From Dimorphilus gyrociliatus (taxonomy: Eukaryota > Animalia > Annelida), in contig CAJFCJ010000009.1 of the NCBI GenBank assembly GCA_904063045.1, forward strand, positions 228,942 through 292,941: a DNA stretch of 64,000 nucleotides, written 5' to 3'. Made by a program: the position numbers and the translations under genes. This document shows positions 13,179 to 26,065 of this stretch, in pieces (the stretch's first letter is position 1; every line of letters starts with the position of its first letter). Under the pieces are notes generated by a model. That model did not search any database and was not told the DNA's origin. It saw nothing but the letters and a program-made list of their open reading frames with translations.

Positions 13179-16100
13179 ATGAAGTCAAAGAAAGATAAAA
13201 AAGGTACATTTAAATTTAATAAATGATGAATTATAAGTAAATCTTCAAATTATACTATTACATCAAGCCGAAATATGTCATACTTTTATGAAACCCTCGT
13301 AATTTGCTAAATATTTAAGATATCTGTAAAAAGAAAAGCGTCTGCTATTTTACAAAATCAAATAGTTTGATTTTTTCATTTTTAAAATTGTTAGAAATAA
13401 ACCAAACTGATGTTTATAGTCAGAAACCTACTACCAGGATTTTCACTAACTAAAATAATAAGGAAAAATATCTAAGCCGTTAGATCCATATTTAATACAA
13501 AATGTAATATGGGGCTAGAAATATCAGCATGCAGTATATAATAGGATTAATGATTAATTACTTTTTTTGTATTTAAAACAAAAGATATTAAACCCTGTAG
13601 TATAATTCAGAAAACAGAGAAGCTTTTGTCAATTGGATTTTGTATCTGAGACATTTACAAGAGGTTGTCTAACATTAAAATAAATTAAGGAAATTGACTT
13701 GATCTATACACTAAAATATAAATTCTTTTCATGCAATTATTTTCATATTAAATAGAAAATTTTTGTAATTAAAAACCTACAGAATAGAACAAACAAAAAT
13801 ATACTAATCTGCATATAATACGTCCTTAAATATAATAACATAATATTTTTGCTAATATTCTTCATTTAAATTTAATCATTCCAATTAAAGCTCAAGATCC
13901 AACTTTAGCCAAAAAACGACAGGAAAAACAAATAAAAACCTTGTTAAATCCCAAGAGTGCTAGATTGATTGTTAGAAACTTACCCTTTAAGGTAATTCAA
14001 TGAGTAATACTTGAACTGGAAAAAGAGCATAATTATTTTTGTTTTAGTGTGAAGAAGAAAGTCTGCAAAACGTCTTTTCACCATATGGAGAAATTACTGA
14101 CATCACATTACCCAAAAAAGAAGGTTGCTTTTGAATTTAAATAATACAATGCCTGTAAGAATATCTCTTATATATCTTTTATTGCTATTTAGATGGAAAA
14201 TCGAAAGGATTCGGTTTTGTTCAATTTTCTGACTTAAAAGAAGCTGCTGAAGCTATAAAAGCTTTGAACGGACAAGAACTAAACGGTAAAATTATCTCTT
14301 TTTTAATTATCAATAGGCTATTATTCTTACGATTCATTTATATTCCAGGCAGACCCATTGCTGTAGATTTCTCTCTATCTAAAAGTCGTTTCGAAAAATT
14401 AAATAAGAGACAACCAGTTGGTAATTTAACAGGTAATTTCAGAGAAAACAAGTGTTACAATTATCAAATAATTCAGAGAAGGTAAATTACTATTGATTCA
14501 ATGCTTTATAATAGATGAACCTGAGAAAGAGGAAGAGATTAGGGAGGAGGAAAATAAAGATGATAACGATGATTATATAAGCAAAGATGATGTTGATAAT
14601 GAAGATATAAGTGAAGAGGATGATGATGATGAAGATGCTGATGATTCCGAAAGTACGGATAAGGACGATGATGAAAGTGATGTTGATGAAGAGAGTGATA
14701 AAGAGGACGACGATTCAGATGGTTTGTGCTCTTGATTTCAATTGGTTTACATAAAATAACTCCAGTAAATATTTAACAGATAAAACCCATGCTAATATGT
14801 CGGATAAAAAAAATGATGACGCAAAAGATGGTAAAACAGTTTTTGTTCGGTGAGCATATCTGTAATTTCTGAATTTATTATCTTACATATTACATTTGCC
14901 ACATTATAGTAATATGTCACTGGACTCTGATGAAGCAGAATTGAAGGAACTCTTTACACATTTTGGTACAGTCGAATATTGTCGAATTGTAGTCGATAAA
15001 GCCACACAGCACAGCAGAGGTTTTTATCCAATTTAAGTAGAATTTTGCAAAATATCTAACATAGTTTTTGTCAATCATTCCAGGAATGGCATTCATTAAA
15101 TTTAAAGATAAATTATCAGCTGATGAGTGTGTTCGAATTGCGAATGATAAATCAGATCAAGGAGGTATATTCCTCGATGACAAAGAACTATCTGTAATCG
15201 TAGCACTTACAAGAAATGATACGGAGAAGCTTAAGTCGGACATGCAAAAAAAAAATGCAAAGGTTGATAAAAGAAATTTATGGCTTGCTAGAGAAGGTCT
15301 CATTAGAGCTGGTACGAAAGATGCTGAGGGTATTACACCAGCCGATTTACAGAAGAGAGCCAGAATAGAACAGATAAAAAGAGTAAAACTGAAAGATCCC
15401 AATGTATTCGTGTCAACAACTCGTTTATGTATCCATAATATACCTGTCCCCGTGACTGATAAGAAGCTTAAAACAATTGTTCTAAAAGCAATTGATGAGA
15501 AAAAAGCTCGAATTAATGAATGCCGTATAATGAGAGATCTTAATAAATTGAATAGTAAGGGAATTGGGCGCTCTCGTGGTTACGCTTTTGTAAATTTTAT
15601 AGAGCACGAGCATGCCTTATTAGCTTTGAGAACCCTAAATAACAATCCAGATATATTTGGTGATTCCAAGGTAAAATGTGAAAAATGCAAAAATGAATTG
15701 ATTTCTTTAAAACTATTTATCAAATACAGCGTCCGATCGTTGAATTCTCATTGGAAAATAAAGCAAAACTACAAGCCCGGGAAGAGAGACAGCAAAGAGC
15801 ACTGGCCAAACAGACTGAAAAGCAAACAAAAAAGAAAACGAAAAACTTTAAAACAGATACATCAAAGACGCCTGTTGAAAAGCAAAAAGTTAAGGGACTA
15901 GTGTTACCTAAACGTTCAGGAGCTAAAGTTAGGCATAAGCCCAGACAAACTGAGACCACTAAGGGAAAAAAGACTAAGAAAGAGAAAAGAAAAAGAGCTT
16001 TTGCTGAGGATGCTCAATTGGTAAGGCTTCTCACTCATTTAAAACAAATTATTGTCAAATTTAATAATCAAACAAACTGCTATTTTTCAGTTGGGGACCG

Positions 16101-16216
16101 TAAATAATGCGAAGAGGAAAAGGCAGTACTATGAGAGTGACAAATTTGATAAACTCGTAAATAATTATAAGCAAAGCATTAAAAGCAAAAGTTCTAAATG
16201 GTTTGATAAATCATAA
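13179..16216 (+). CDS. RBM28: RNA-binding protein 28 / Nop4 homolog (nucleolar)
   Basis: Multi-exon. RRM (SARLIVRNLPFK..KGFGFVQF), Asp/Glu tract, RRM (GKTVFVRN..GMAFIKF), KRNLWLAREGLIRAGT, RRM (STTRLCIHNIP..RGYAFVNF), basic tail ending SKWFDKS. The start codon is inferred from a phase-compatible micro-exon. Confidence 0.93.
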
Positions 16217-16874
16217 TGATTCTTTTTTTAAATAAACTATTTAAACCGTTTGATAATAGGCTAAAGATACTTTTTTATGAATTATAAATAATTTCCCATA
16301 CGCTTATAACTTTGGTTTAACGAAAGCGAAATAAAAATCAATATGCTGTATAAACTCTTTCACTTCTCCGCCCCTTCTCTAATTCGCTCTATATGTTGCC
16401 TAATGTTATTATACTAGATGTAAGCTATGCTATTTTTTTTCGTGATCGTTATTAAAACCGCTTAGTTTTTTAAAATAATATGCAATCTGATAGTTTGAGA
16501 TTGTTAGTTTGTACCTTATGCTAAATTGGCCTTTTTCTACTTTTACATATCATCTTTCATTGAAATTAATCAATTTGTACAGGCTGTGTGTGCTTTACGT
16601 ATGGTAACAATCGACCATTTGTAAAGATGAATAACTAACTCGAGAAAAATTTATTTGAATTAGTTTATTTGTTGACCTCGTCCTCCATAACCAAATATAA
16701 GACTCAAAAGTAAACGTACATATATCTTGAGCAATTTGATAGAAAGCAGAAAGGAATGTTTAGTTATCTTCAACTATGGCATAGAAGTAGGTGTCTTTTT
16801 GTAATCCGAGAAGAAATATGTACATAATACTTTTAAAAAAGATTTCAAAAAACATGCAGATCTTAACGGATGAT

Positions 16875-18019
16875 TTAGTCGCTTTCTTCATCTCCGTTTT
16901 GAGACACTTTCTCCGCATCAGACTCAGCAACATTAGATTCATCAACGCCAGACGCTTTCAGAGTGTCGTTAATAGAACCAATATCTGATAAATTTAGCTT
17001 AGGTAGATATGACATCTGCTCCGGGTTATGCCAAGGCTTAAAGTGAGGTTCATGTTCAGCCTTCCATTTAGGATATGCTAAAGCCGCCTTTGTCAGGCGT
17101 TTAACGATTTTTGGAGCAACGAATTTCGATAATTTATTCACTACCCAAGTCGGAAGTTTACCTAAAAATAAATAAGATGGCTTATCTAATATTTGAAGCA
17201 GCTTAATGACCAAATAAACAAATCGTATACCTTTAGGATCACTTTGAGTCACATAATTGAGTGTACAACCTTTTTCTTCCGGTTTGCCATCAGGAACAAT
17301 GTAATATCCAGTGATGAAAGACAAACCTCTCACAAAATTCTTTTTTGTAGGTACACTCGCATGATTCACACTATGATTGATAATAAAAATTTCCCTTCCT
17401 ATATCTAACCATGAACGAAGTAAAACAAAGTCTCGATTTTTCAGGGGCGAAGGAGTGCTGACTGTTTACAGGTGTAAAATATTAGTCATTAAAAAGAGTC
17501 ATTCTTAAAAACGGTCTTACTACTAACTTGAATAATAACTAATGTCATTATTTGGATTAAGGCAGCATATTTCATAACCCTCAATCATATTCCTATCCCA
17601 TAACTTGCGATATTTACTATCATGCAAAGTATCGTACAACATAGTAGCACTAATTTTATCCAAATGAGCTTTTAGCTGAAAACCACCCACAAACATAACA
17701 TTATTTAATTTAACGGATGTAAATTATTCATTATTTACAAAAGAAATAAAATAAAACAGCTAAAAATGACTCATATCAAAATATTACAGTTTTTGCTTAC
17801 TTTTATAACTTTAAAATCTGATACATCATTGTCTTTACTCCATACAGTGATATTGTTTTTGCAATACTCTTTTGTCCAGCTGTTGAGAAAATAAATATTA
17901 CTTTGTTGTTTCTTGATAATTTAAATTTTTTCATTCACTTACCCATCGTGACACGTGCACATTTGTCTAACTTTATTGAAATCTTCATCTTCAGCAATAC
18001 GAACTTCTCCAACTTCCAT
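16875..18019 (-). CDS. STARD10: START-domain lipid transfer protein (STARD10/PCTP-like)
   Basis: MEVGEVRIAEDEDF.., LYDTLHDSKYRKLWD, KNRDFVLLRSW, NHASVP..FVRGLSFITGY, YVTQSDPKGKLPTWVVNK, acidic C-terminus. Confidence 0.88.
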
Positions 18020-18336
18020 ATTGTACTATAGCAATTGCAGTATTAATCAAATTATCACGAATTGACAACGCGTTATGTTTGACGTTGACGTTCTATTTCC
18101 TGTTTATTAACAATCAATGCGATCTTTCGATGATAAGCTGATCGCCGTCTGCTACAACGCATGCGTATTTCGCTTATTTTATAGCCAATAAAAAGTCGGA
18201 AGCAGATCTACTAACAAACTAAACATGTTGATTGGTGGTTTATATATTAGCCTGGTAACCGGAAGTTAAGTATTATTATGGATTTCATTTTTAATCGAGT
18301 CTGTGGTAAATCGTTGTAAACATTCAAGAGTACTAT
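18020..18336. promoter_or_regulatory. Compact bidirectional promoter (STARD10 / PGM2)
   Basis: 317 bp between divergent ATGs; CCAAT at 18185, ATTGG at 18231, ETS-type CCGGAAGT at 18259-18266. Confidence 0.55.
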
Positions 18337-21300
18337 ATGGCGTTCATCAAGAAATTTGGTAACAAAGAGCTAGATGATAAAATAGAAGAATGGATCAGAT
18401 GGGATAAGGTGATAATCTGTCTTTAAAAAAAGCGATTTAAATGTGATGCAATACGATAAACGTAAAATGTTCCACGTAATAGCGGGATGACACGTGCGAT
18501 GAAATTAAGAAACTCGTCCAGAATGACAATGAAAATGAGCTAAATAATAGGTTATTAAAAAGAATGGCATTTGGTACTGCTGGTCTTAGAGCAAGAATGG
18601 GTGCAGGATATTCGATGATGAACGACTTGACAATAATCCAGACAACTCAAGGATTTGCAAAATACATGTTAACAGTAACACCTAATGTAAGAAAGAATGG
18701 AGTAGTAATTGGCTTTGATGGCCGACATAATAGTCATCGGTATTATTATTAGATTAATTATTCTAATGAAAAAAAATTAAAATTAATCATTTGTCATCTA
18801 AAGGTTCGCCCAAAGAGTTGCCAGAGTATTGACGTTACAAAATATCAAAGTCTATACAATGTCCCATACATGTCCAACACCTTTCGTCGTAAATATTCTT
18901 AGCAAATGCACTTTTATTTTAAAAGTAATAAAATCTCATTCCAGCCATATACTGTTCTTTCGAAAGGCTGCGATTGGGGAATAATGGTAACTGCATCACA
19001 CAATCCAAAGGATGATAACGGCTATAAAGTGTATTATTCTAATGGTGCTCAAGTAAAAGAAACTAATTTTACTTTTTGTTCGTGAGGAAACTTTAATCTA
19101 GTATTTGCCTTTTATAGATAATAGAACCTCATGATGAATATATCAGTAGGAGCATTCTTGAAAATTTGGAACCGTGGGAAAATGTTTGGCAGTTAGATGA
19201 AACAGACAATAATCTTTGTACCGACGTATATAAAGAAACTTTCACCAATTATATTAAGGATTTAGAGGGCTTGTGCCATTTTAAAGACGAAAATAGCAAA
19301 ACAGATGTTAAATTTACATACACAGCCATGCATGGTGTTGGATATCCAGCAATTCAGAAAGCCTTTGAGATTTTTAATTTGCCTAAACCAATCCCTGTGA
19401 TAGAACAAGTCGAAGTTGATCCCGAATTTACAACTGTCCAATTCCCAAATCCAGAAGAGGGAAAAAGCGCACTGGTAAGTTCATTATTGAGAAATGCAGA
19501 AAAAGAATTGATTAAATTTGGGAATTTTTTTTAAAAAATAGAATTTGGCGATGAAAACTGCTGATGAAAACGATTGTAAAGTGATTTTAGCGAATGATCC
19601 GGACGCGGATAGATTAGCCCTTGCGGAAAAGCAGGCAAAGTAAGCTCAGTTTCCTTTTTAGGCTTTCGAATGATTTCGAACGGCTGACGATCTTTGCTTT
19701 AACAAAAACGAAATGCTATAATGATTGTTACTTGCTTGTCAAATAATTTGCTTTGATACAGTGGCGAATGGAAGTGTTTTTCCGGAAATGAATTGGGTAG
19801 TTTATATTTGTGGTGGCTCTCGACTCGACTAGATATTACTAATACTAGCCGCGGTGAGAATAGATTCTTTGAAAAAAAAAAAAAGCAAAAAGCATGGTTA
19901 CCGCCGTTCAATTCATCGCCATTTAACATTTTATTAATAACCTATAATAAAGTTATATGGATCCAAGTTCTTATTTATATAGTAGCCATTTATGATAAAA
20001 TTTATCCATGCGTTGCAGCGGTTCGTGGCATGTGTTTTCCGGCAATGAAATTGGAGCTCTTCTAGGGCATTGGACTTGGAAAATGTATTCAAGGAAAAAT
20101 TCCAATACCAATTATGGTAAGGAAAACTTTTCAAAAAGCTATGAATATTTTTAAAAATACAAACATAAAATAAAAACAAATTAATTAACAAAATAGAATA
20201 AGAAGATTAACTTAGAGTAATAAATAAATAAATAAAATAGAATCTCATTGTCAAGAGAACACATGCCGTTAAAGCCTTGAGAAAAATATTAATAATAATA
20301 TTTACTCATTAGGCGATGTCTACGCAATTGCTAGTACAGTGTCTTCCCAAATTATTGGAAGTATTGCCCGAGTAGAAAATTTTAAATTTGAAGTAAGCTC
20401 ATTAATATATAAAATATCATTTTTTCATTATTTTCTCTTAAATGTAGGAGACACTTACTGGATTCAAGTGGATGGGTAATAAAGCTCACGAACTACGAAA
20501 AAAAGGAAAAACTGTATTATTCGCTTTTGAGGAAGCCATTGGTAAAGTTTTATTTATTGTATTAAATATGCTTATATTAAGCTTATTAATAAAAACTAAT
20601 CCCTTGAAAGTAAAAATATTTTTAAATTGTTTGGCATACAAACAGGATTTATGTGCAGTGATAAAGTACTTGATAAAGACGGTATTAGTGCTGCGGTTGT
20701 CCTGGCGGAGATGATTATTCACCTTGCAAAAGAGAATCTTAATTGTAAGCAACAATTAGAAAAGATATATGAGAAGTACGTGAATTGTTTCATTAATACA
20801 AAACTGTATCATTTATATAATAATTTAATAATTTTTCAGATACGGTCAACATATATCTAGAAATTCATACTTTATTTGTCATGATGAAGCTACTATTAAT
20901 AAATTATTTAACGATATAAGAAATTTTGACGGTAAAGGAAAATATCCTTCGCATTGTGGCCGTTTCGAAATCAAATACATTAGAGATTTGACAACTGGAT
21001 ATGATAATAGTCAACCTGATAATAAACCTGTAAGATTGAATACAATTGAATTATAATCATCAGCTTATCTTTTAAACTTTCGTAAACAGATCCTCCCTGT
21101 TTCTGCGTCAAGTCAAATGTTAACCTTCACCTTTAGTAATGGATGCATAGCAACACTGAGAACCAGCGGAACAGAACCCAAGATAAAATATTATACTGAA
21201 TATTGCGCCGAACCAGGGTAAATATATCTATAAATTTGTATCTTTGATATACGAACAAAAAGAAACCTTTATTTTTTTTATAAATAGGCGTAGTCGTGAA

Positions 21301-21393
21301 GAGGTTAGCAATGAACTGAACGAGATGATAGAAGCTATTATCGAACACTTTTATAGACCTAAAGAGAATCACTTGACACCTCGACCTAATTAG
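18337..21393 (+). CDS. PGM2: Phosphoglucomutase-2 / phosphopentomutase (PGM2/PGM2L1 family) with a duplicated internal exon
   Basis: [10 protein letters not shown], phosphoserine motif [15 protein letters not shown], metal loop [36 protein letters not shown]. Two homologous exons at 19762-19853 and 20019-20116. Confidence 0.96.
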
Positions 21394-21517
21394 TTGAATG
21401 ATCTTTTTTGTAAATCATTCTATATCTGCTAATGCGAATGACCTTTTTATGATTTTAAAAAATTTAATACAATATGATTATTTTGTGTATTAGATTAAAT
21501 ACAGCCATTAAGTCAGG

Positions 21518-22852
21518 TTATAGAGCAGTAAATTTGACGAAAAATATTCCAGAAGGATTAACTGTGGCGGTGAATTGGCTGTTTGATTTAAACATACCAA
21601 TTTGAGTATTATCAAATACTTCGGTTGCGTTGTAACCAGCAGAATGGGTAAGACCAATGTCCTTGAGTTGAATGGATATTTTTTCTGGAGTTGAAGTACT
21701 ACTACATTGAAAGGCAACAGCCATGCTATTTGTTGGAAGAATTGGTTTAGTCCAAATTCCAACGTCGCCTTTCACTAGCACTCTCTGCCCTTGAACACCA
21801 AGCATATCTTGATTTATTGCGATAACTCGCTTATTTTGTAAAAGAGCCTTTGATTGAGGTTTAATATTACGAAGATCGACAGACATAAATAACGGAGCTG
21901 CCATAATCGACCACATTGCCATTTGAGTTTTTTCTTGATCATAACTTAATCCGTAATCTCCCAGGATAAGCATATCTGGATCGTTGAAATTGCCTGGTCC
22001 AGCAACTTGAGCAAAGTTTTCCTTGTTACTACCATAGAAATTAATAATTGATGTAACTGAATCCCAAGAATCGGCAATATCTCCATAATTTCTCCAAAGA
22101 TTACAGTGTTTAGCAATATTGGCATAGTCAATGTGCTGATGACCTTGTTGATAGGCTGGCCAACTGCAAGAGTAAACCATGTGTCGCCCTGTTCTATTTA
22201 ACCATTGACCCATAATTGGATAGGCTGAAAGATAAACACTTTATATTTAATCCAGCTACTATTTACGCTGAATTACCGTCATCCATTTGATTGACATTGG
22301 AATAACATCCATCAAGCTTTAACATGTCAACACCCCACTCAGCGAAAGTTTCCGCATCCTTTTGTAAATAGTACTCTGATCCGGGATATCCCCCACATGT
22401 TTTTGTACCGAAATCCTCATAAATTCCTAATTTTAAACCTTTACCGTGAACGTAGTCGGCTAATGCTTTTATACCACTGGGGAATCTTTTAGGATCAGCC
22501 ACAAGAGATCCGGTCTTTTGGTCCCTTTCCATAGCCATCCAGCAATCGTCTATATTTACATATTGATAACCGACATCCTTGTAACCATCTGCGGCTAAAT
22601 GATCGGCCATCCTTTTGTATAAATTCTCACTGAATCAAAGAAAATATTAGATAAAATAATTACATTGTTGAAAAAGGGAAAAAGTAAGACAAACCTTATA
22701 CAATTGTCGGGATCGTTGACACAATCGATATTACACCTAAACCTTTCCCAAGATAACCAGCCCATTGGAGGTGTTCTAGCCAAACCATTATCCAAAGAAT
22801 AACATATATAAAAATTATATATGAATAGTAAAATTGCCGAAAAAAATTTCAT
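21518..22852 (-). CDS. NAGA: Alpha-N-acetylgalactosaminidase (glycoside hydrolase family 27)
   Basis: Signal peptide, [19 protein letters not shown], nucleophile KLDGC, WRNYGDI. The motif YSCSWPAY has the Ser/Ala pair of NAGA rather than the Glu/Leu pair of alpha-galactosidase A. Confidence 0.93.
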
Positions 22853-23540
22853 TCTCGTTAACTTGCGAATTAGCTTATTAAAATGAAATTTTTGAAAATT
22901 CAATAGCCTTTATAAATTACTAATAGTCACGAGATTTTCATTGAAAACAACACGCCCCTAGATAAAATATATCTATCTGTTCAGAGTAAAAATTAGTAAC
23001 ATTTGTGCAATTTCTTTAATACATACTTCATACTTCATTGATTTATGACACGTGGTTATATCCCGAGCAGAAGGTGTTTTTTTTTTGTTTTTTATTTAAA
23101 TTTGTACACTCAAATATTTGGGTTTGTTTATGATTTCATTTTAACCTCTATACAACTATATGTTTATATATGTTTATATTCATTTACCAACTAGTATATA
23201 CAGAAAGGCCTTTAATTGTACGTTGCATTTTTCTATTGTTTATTCCGTAATGATGTTGTTTTTTGTTTGTTTTTTTAAAGCATCTTTTACTCTATTCAAT
23301 CCGTGTTTTTTTCTCTCTCTCTCCCTCTTTCTCTTTCTCTTTCTTCTTTTCTATTTCATTCAACTCTACTTAATACATATTGTAATTGTAAAAGAGTTAG
23401 CTGAAACTAAGTAAAGCCTATTCTAACATTCTTTTATAAAGTTTGTTCAATAATTTATGATAGCTAAAATTTTCTTCTTTAGTTTTGCATATATATGAAA
23501 ATAACAACAAAAACAATACTGATATTATATTCAAGAACTT

Positions 23541-24568
23541 TCAAAGTGAAACTTTATGAGCGTTAGCACTGTTAAAGAATGTCCCTATTCTAGCCATACT
23601 CTTAATAGTTTCGGGCATTGGACTTTGGTAAGTTGGTTCGTAGGATCCTGCCCCGGGGGTTTTCTATTTAAAGATATTAAAATGTTATTAAATTCATACG
23701 TGCGTATAATAATTAAAGCGGATTTATTACCGTATGCGATGTCTTGAATCTAGGAGCGGTCGACTTAAAGGACGAGGAGATAGCGTGCGGTGGTGTTGGA
23801 GACCGATATTCGTAATAACCAGGAGCAGGACCGATTTTCTGTTTTTAAATTAATTAATAAACAAATCATTTCGCGATATTATTTATACAGTAAACTCTGT
23901 ATATAAATAGTACCGGTTTCATTTGATCGGAAGGTAAACGGGTACTTGTCGACTTAAAGACGGATAGCCTTTGGAGAATAGCAAGAATATATTATTGATT
24001 TTATAATTAATGAGAAAATAAGAAAATTCTTTGCATGCTAACTTTTTTGTTGCTTTATGTCCGTCTACTGCCAAGTAATTTTCAGTATTGTACATTCCTG
24101 GACAAACGTCTATGTACTGTACAAACAACAATCTTTTTTATAATCTATTTAATAAGTACTCGATAAATTGAAAAATGTTATTATTACCTTATCTTTTTTG
24201 TCTGATTGCATACCACTTTTAGCTAATCTTCCGCATCCTTTAAATGAATACGTTGATATATTTTCCTTGTCTAGCCTTTGAGTAAAAGATGGATGATTGT
24301 AGGCTCCGGGTAACAGTAACGCTCCATTCGCCGAATTAATTTCTGTAACTCTCTTACCAGCTTTGAATCTATAACTGTTTGGTCTCTTGCTAAGTTCGCA
24401 CCAAGGATCGAAAGGCTCGTAAGCTCCTGGATTTGGAGTTTCCTTTATGTGATTTCTCCACCAAGATTCTCTTCCAGATATAGGTTTTGTATATTTCTTT
24501 GAAGGTTTTTCCCTTAGTTGAATTGGAGCCAGCCGGACATTTTTTCGGTCTTTTTCCGCCTGTGACAT
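23541..24568 (-). CDS. STPG4: Sperm-tail PG-rich repeat protein (STPG4-like)
   Basis: Five exons with STPGR repeats: TPNPGAY, LLPGAY, VCPGMY, GPAPGYY, TPGAGSY; ISGRESWW..TP and TYSFK match recalled STPG4; stop at 23543-23541. Confidence 0.75.
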
Positions 24569-25171
24569 TTTTAAACTGCCGCCCCTCTACTGTGCTTAGT
24601 AACCGAGCCGATCGAACTGTTCACTTTTCAATAAGTAATCATAGGCTTCTTTTCCTATTTTATATCGAACAGTCGTTAATCCTGAATTGTAAAACACTAT
24701 TGTAATTCTGCATGACGATGAATTAATTATCGAACACAGTTACGTCATATTTTATATTCCATTAATATAAAAAAAAGTGTAAACTTTAAGAAATTTGTAT
24801 TAAAAACAAAGAGAAATTAAAGCTTCTATGACTCTAACTAAGTAAATATATACTTTCTATATTACGTATTGGAACGGTGGAATTGCTTCCGGGCTAAAAC
24901 TTACGTTCCATATTTAACGAATGTTTACAATGTAAACCAACAATTAAATAGACCTTTCTAAGGTTTTTGTTTCATTACAAACATTTAGTCTTTATAGATC
25001 TCTTAATAAAGACATTAAAATAGAACAAACTTTAACAAATAATTAATAAATATGAATATTCAATAATTATTTCAAATTGAAGTAAAACAGTTCAATTAAT
25101 TATTTATATTAAATAATTAATGACGTCATCAAATGAAAATATCTTTTTAATTTTATCTAAAAATTGAAATT

Positions 25172-25888
25172 ATGTTATTATTTATAAGAATAGTTTATTG
25201 GTTGGATATGATAAATACTATTTTGGCCATTATTACTCAATATCGATTTATATTACAAAATAGAACGTCATTTAGTGAAAGTAATGATTATGCATCCTCA
25301 ATTGAGTTTGATGATTACGTCGATAATATAGAGGAAATTAATCATCAACGTTTGAAAAAGCGAACATCCTCTTTGTCTGGTAGTAGTAATACTTTTGAGA
25401 AGGTAGGCCTAAATGACGATGGTTCCTATATTGATGATATAGATGGAGAAATAAATTCTAATTCGCATAGAGATAGCGTGAAAGCAAAATCAATTCATCA
25501 TTCGAATCAGAAGAGAACTTTTAGTAATCAAATTCGTTGTTTCGTCTGTCATAACGGAGAAGAGAGTTGCCAATTTTTAGAACATCCCCAAAGTAGATTT
25601 AATTTGCAAAGAGAGTTTAAAACTTGTCTTGGAGTTCAATGCTTCGTTAAACGTTTTATACCCTTAATAAATGAGGAAAAACCAATAATTGATCGAGGTT
25701 GCTACTCTGAAAGAAGATTTTCAACTCTAAAATGTCATAGTACTGATACAGTAAGACCATTTGATAAATCTGAATTATACACTTGCGTATGCGAAACGGA
25801 TTTTTGTAACAGTTCAACCCAGTTGAGAACTTCTACTGCCGTATCAATATTTTTATCATTACTAACAAAAGAATATCTAAGAGGCTAA
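25172..25888 (+). CDS. Ly6/uPAR (three-finger, Quiver/Sleepless-like) protein with long N-terminal extension
   Basis: IRCFVC..C..C....C..RGC..C..C.C.TDFCN cysteine pattern followed by a hydrophobic, GPI-signal-like tail. The true start may be on an upstream exon. Confidence 0.7.
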   Translation: MLLFIRIVYWLDMINTILAIITQYRFILQNRTSFSESNDYASSIEFDDYVDNIEEINHQRLKKRTSSLSGSSNTFEKVGLNDDGSYIDDIDGEINSNSHRDSVKAKSIHHSNQKRTFSNQIRCFVCHNGEESCQFLEHPQSRFNLQREFKTCLGVQCFVKRFIPLINEEKPIIDRGCYSERRFSTLKCHSTDTVRPFDKSELYTCVCETDFCNSSTQLRTSTAVSIFLSLLTKEYLRG

Positions 25889-26065
25889 TTGTCTGTTTAT
25901 CCCATCGTGAATAGAAAGTCAAAAATAGAATGCTTCACGTAAGCAAATTGCAATAAAAAGTACTTTTCTTTAAGATATTGGAATCGTAAATCTAAAAAAG
26001 GAGCGTAAGGTCACGTTCACTTAGATAAAAGGGCCGACACAACAGGAGAAACAAGTGATAATAAT

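Noticed and set aside
13223-13411. ATGATGA in RBM28 intron 1 as a C box of an intronic snoRNA
   Set aside because: The nearest CTGA is about 185 nt away, there is no recognisable guide, and the position relative to the 3' splice site does not fit.
23305-23350. CT-rich tract, and short (TA)n runs near 6700 and 29320
   Set aside because: Ordinary simple-sequence repeats.
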